From positions 1 through 7,851 of the forward strand of contig CAIWXP010000191.1 in NCBI GenBank assembly GCA_903916665.1: DNA of 7,851 bases, read 5' to 3'. The stretch comes from Candidatus Iainarchaeum sp. Lineage in GTDB: Archaea; Iainarchaeota; Iainarchaeia; Iainarchaeales; 0-14-0-20-30-16. Shown piece by piece: positions 6,165-7,851 of the stretch; within the stretch, counting starts at the first letter, position 1, and each line of letters starts with the position of its first letter. The notes beneath the pieces are model-generated. The model was given only the letters and a program-made list of their open reading frames with translations, was not told the origin of the DNA and did no database searches. Position numbers and translations under genes: made by a program.

Positions 6165-6758
6165 ATGGTATCAGATGTAGAAATAAAGGAAACAGTAAAA
6201 AATCTAGAAACTCGAGGAATAAGAGTTGTTTTAGTGGATTCAAAGAAACAAGCTTTGGACGAAGTTTTAAGGGTAATTCCTAAAGGGTCAGAAGTAATGA
6301 ATGGTTCTTCAACAACTTTAAATGAAATAGGTTTTACTGATTTCCTGAAAAAACAAAAAGATTTCAAGAACTTGCATAAAAAGGTTTTAAAAGAAAAAGA
6401 TTATGCGAAAGCTTCTGAATTACGAAGAAAGTATACTACTGCAGAATATTTTCTAGGTAGCGTAAATGCAATTGCACAAACAGGAGAATTGGTTGCCTGT
6501 GATGCTTCTGGTTCAAGAGTAGGGGCCTATTTATTTTCTGCACAACATTTGGTTTTAGTTGCAGGAATAAATAAAATTGTGCCAGATTTAGAATCAGCAA
6601 TAAAACGAGTTAAAGAATATGTATTCCCTTTGGAAGATGCAAGGGCACAACAAGCCTATGGAATGCACAGTACTTTAGCTAAATGGGTAATAATAGAAAA
6701 AGAATTTGTTCCAAATAGAATTACTTTGGTTTTAGTAAAAGAAAAATTAGGGTTTTAA
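6165..6758 (+). CDS. Stand-alone LUD-domain protein (LutC/YkgG-like, DUF162 family), 197 aa
   Basis: The core GSVNAIAQTGELVACDASGSRVGAYLFSAQHLVLVAGINKIVPDLESA follows the LUD-domain pattern (G-x-x-x-A-I-A-E/Q-T-G-x-x-V...G-x-R...H-x-x-x-x-G-x-x-K-I-V). GGAGGT (6153-6158) lies 6 nt upstream of the ATG. Confidence 0.68.
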   Translation: MVSDVEIKETVKNLETRGIRVVLVDSKKQALDEVLRVIPKGSEVMNGSSTTLNEIGFTDFLKKQKDFKNLHKKVLKEKDYAKASELRRKYTTAEYFLGSVNAIAQTGELVACDASGSRVGAYLFSAQHLVLVAGINKIVPDLESAIKRVKEYVFPLEDARAQQAYGMHSTLAKWVIIEKEFVPNRITLVLVKEKLGF

Positions 6759-7124
6759 AAAACCCTTTAACATCCGATCAAAGAATTCTAACATTGCTTG
6801 ATTTTTTCTATAAGGCTCTTTAATTCCAGAAAATCTTTTTTCTATTTCTGTATATTTGTCAGGAACGCATAATTGTAGATAACTCATAAATCTTTCTGCT
6901 GTTGAATTTCCAGATAAATTTTCAGGAATTACAAAAATTGGTGCAAATATTTTTGAAAACAATCTTTTTTCTGTTTCTGGATGTAATCTATCCTCAGTTC
7001 TTGTTTCTCGAATTACACCAGAATCTTGTTTTTGTCTGTATTTGCTTCCTACTTTAGAATCACTAAATTTTCCAGCTACTGCGTACTTATTTATTTTAAC
7101 TCGTGGTTGTACTAGTCGTCCCAT
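6747..7124 (-). CDS. Hypothetical protein, 125 aa. The N-terminal half is basic and probably disordered, and the C-terminal half is predicted helical.
   Basis: The frame is open, with ATG at 7124 and GTGAT 3 nt upstream. It lies 23 nt downstream of the half-ferritin gene on the same strand. The first 55 residues contain 14 K/R and 7 D/E. I recognise no family. Confidence 0.5.
   Translation of the reverse strand: MGRLVQPRVKINKYAVAGKFSDSKVGSKYRQKQDSGVIRETRTEDRLHPETEKRLFSKIFAPIFVIPENLSGNSTAERFMSYLQLCVPDKYTEIEKRFSGIKEPYRKNQAMLEFFDRMLKGFLKP
6749..6766. terminator. Perfect palindrome AGGGTTTT-AA-AAAACCCT spanning the overlapping stop regions of two convergent genes. It may be a bidirectional 3'-end element.
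   Basis: The arms are 8 nt with a 2-nt spacer. The plus-strand gene ends at 6758 (TAA) and the minus-strand gene ends at 6747 (TAA). Oligo-T runs follow on both strands: minus-strand ATTTTTCTTTT just below 6747, and plus-strand T6 at 6802-6807. Terminator function is inferred, not shown. Confidence 0.25.
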
Positions 7125-7147
7125 AAAATCACAGCTTTGATTTTAAT

Positions 7148-7429
7148 TTACTTTTTTAATAAATCATCAACTTCTTTTTTTGCGTTAATTATTTCTTTAA
7201 CCTGTTCTTTATCTAACATTAATAACATTGTTTCAAATTCTGCTAAATGTGTTTTTTCTTCTTTTGCAATATCTAAAAATAAAGCTTTAATATTTTTATT
7301 TGTTGCATTGGCAGCTAATTGTGTATAGGTACTTACTGCATCTAATTCTGCAATCATTCCTAATCTTAAAATTTCCATATCTATATCTTCTTTTCTAACT
7401 TTTTTCAAATCAACTGGCATAACAGACAT
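7148..7429 (-). CDS. Ferritin-like superfamily half-domain protein (EncFtn / rubrerythrin-type two-helix di-iron half-site), 93 aa
   Basis: The motifs are IAE28LDAVSTY35TQLA ... LFLDIAKE57E58KTH61LAEF. This is a single E-x6-Y ... ExxH half-site with the two carboxylates 30 residues apart. A perfect GGTGAT SD (7433-7438) lies 3 nt upstream of the ATG. Confidence 0.7.
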   Translation of the reverse strand: MSVMPVDLKKVRKEDIDMEILRLGMIAELDAVSTYTQLAANATNKNIKALFLDIAKEEKTHLAEFETMLLMLDKEQVKEIINAKKEVDDLLKK

Positions 7430-7475
7430 TATATCACCAATAAAAATAAGCTGAATAAGTATAAATACTTTGCTA

Positions 7476-7851
7476 TTATTTTACAATAATTTCTTTTTTA
7501 ATTAGTTCATCATCGTAGGGCCAATTTAATTTTAATTCTATTTCAAAATAAAACTTAATTTCATTTATTTCTGGGTACATTGCATCAAATAATTTGTGTG
7601 TTAATGATCTATTTATTTCTTCTTTTTTGGGCAAAGTAATTTCTCTTTCAAATGCTAATATCTTTGGACCAAATTCTGTTGGAACATAGCTATTACTTAT
7701 AATTAGTTTTTCTTCAAAAAGTTTCTTTGTTTCTGTTTGATCTTTCTTAAAATCATCAACTTTAGATTGTATATGAGTTGCATTTAATTGAAAAAATCTT
7801 ATTGTTAAAGATTTAATAAAAAACTCTTTTTTAATTTTCAATTCTGTTTTA
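7476..7851 (-). CDS. Hypothetical protein, at least 121 aa visible. The N-terminus is probably outside the window.
   Basis: The 'M' at 7841 in the ORF track is a TTG codon, and the frame stays open to the window edge (...K T E L K I K K E F F...). The visible product is Lys/Glu/Ile-rich and I recognise no motif. It is on the same strand as the half-ferritin gene and 46 nt upstream of it. Confidence 0.4.
   Translation of the reverse strand, partial: KTELKIKKEFFIKSLTIRFFQLNATHIQSKVDDFKKDQTETKKLFEEKLIISNSYVPTEFGPKILAFEREITLPKKEEINRSLTHKLFDAMYPEINEIKFYFEIELKLNWPYDDELIKKEIIVK

Noticed and set aside
6065-6367. ORFs of 72 aa (plus strand, GTG start) and 73 aa (minus strand) overlapping the promoter spacer and the 5' part of the LUD gene
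   Set aside because: They compete with the LUD frame, which has a GGAGGT RBS and a domain-level match. They have no RBS, one starts in the TATA region, and the products look random.
6747-7124. Apparent enrichment of CGA/CGG arginine codons and a slightly GC-richer 5' end in the 125-aa ORF, considered as a hint of foreign origin
   Set aside because: CGA also occurs in rrp41 and in the LUD gene. The counts are tiny (4 of 10 Arg codons) and I cannot compute a proper codon-usage statistic here.
7137-7328. A 63-aa plus-strand ORF antisense to the half-ferritin gene
   Set aside because: It is fully overlapped by a gene with a clear metal-site motif and a perfect SD. The antisense product is low complexity.
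7457-7470. Inverted repeat AAGTAT-nn-ATACTT containing a TATA-like TATTTATA upstream of the half-ferritin gene, considered as an internal promoter or operator
   Set aside because: Arms of 6 bp in about 30% GC DNA are not significant. A start site about 26 nt downstream would fall inside the GGTGAT SD and so conflict with the obvious SD-led initiation. It is kept only as a possibility for 5'-end mapping.
6747-7851. Either neighbour of the half-ferritin as a possible encapsulin shell protein
   Set aside because: HK97-fold encapsulins are roughly 260 aa or more. The downstream ORF is 125 aa. The visible part of the upstream ORF shows no similarity I can recognise, and it is on the wrong side relative to known EncFtn-encapsulin operons.
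1-7851. A search for tRNA, rRNA, CRISPR repeats, IS/transposase remnants and C/D-box sRNAs (RUGAUGA...CUGA) in the non-coding spacers
   Set aside because: All spacers are short (133 nt at most) and uniformly AT-rich. They have no GC-rich stems, no periodic repeats, no C-box/D-box pairs and no terminal inverted repeats. Nothing could be supported.

Overview
AT-rich archaeal chromosomal segment, roughly 30% GC by eye (not computed). There are Shine-Dalgarno motifs matching the archaeal 16S 3' end, TATA/BRE-like promoters, and archaea-specific genes. Positions 1-5269 on the minus strand hold a compact copy of the archaeal exosome/proteasome 'superoperon'. Its order is psmA - SBDS - rrp4 - rrp41 - rrp42 - rpl37ae (eL43) - rpoP - Brix-domain protein - pcc1 (KEOPS) - prefoldin beta, and prefoldin beta runs off the left edge. 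rpoP (45 aa) is missing from the supplied ORF track; I found it by hand. Between rpl37ae and rpoP there is an exact 16-nt duplication of the rpoP ribosome-binding site and start codon, which creates an 18-codon micro-ORF. Upstream of psmA, on the same strand, sits a minimal protein-kinase-like gene (HGDxxxxN...DFE) that looks leaderless: a TATA box is centred about 26 nt before its ATG. Divergent from it is a stand-alone LUD-domain gene on the plus strand. Its 3' end overlaps by 12 nt, inside a perfect palindrome, with the last gene of a minus-strand three-gene cluster. That cluster is unknown (121+ aa, N-terminus probably outside the window) - EncFtn/rubrerythrin-type half-ferritin (93 aa) - unknown (125 aa). 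This right-hand cluster is the least explained part of the window and the best candidate for something uncharacterised. No tRNA, rRNA, CRISPR array, IS element or C/D-box sRNA could be supported. All functional calls rest on motif and family recognition by eye, because no searches were run.
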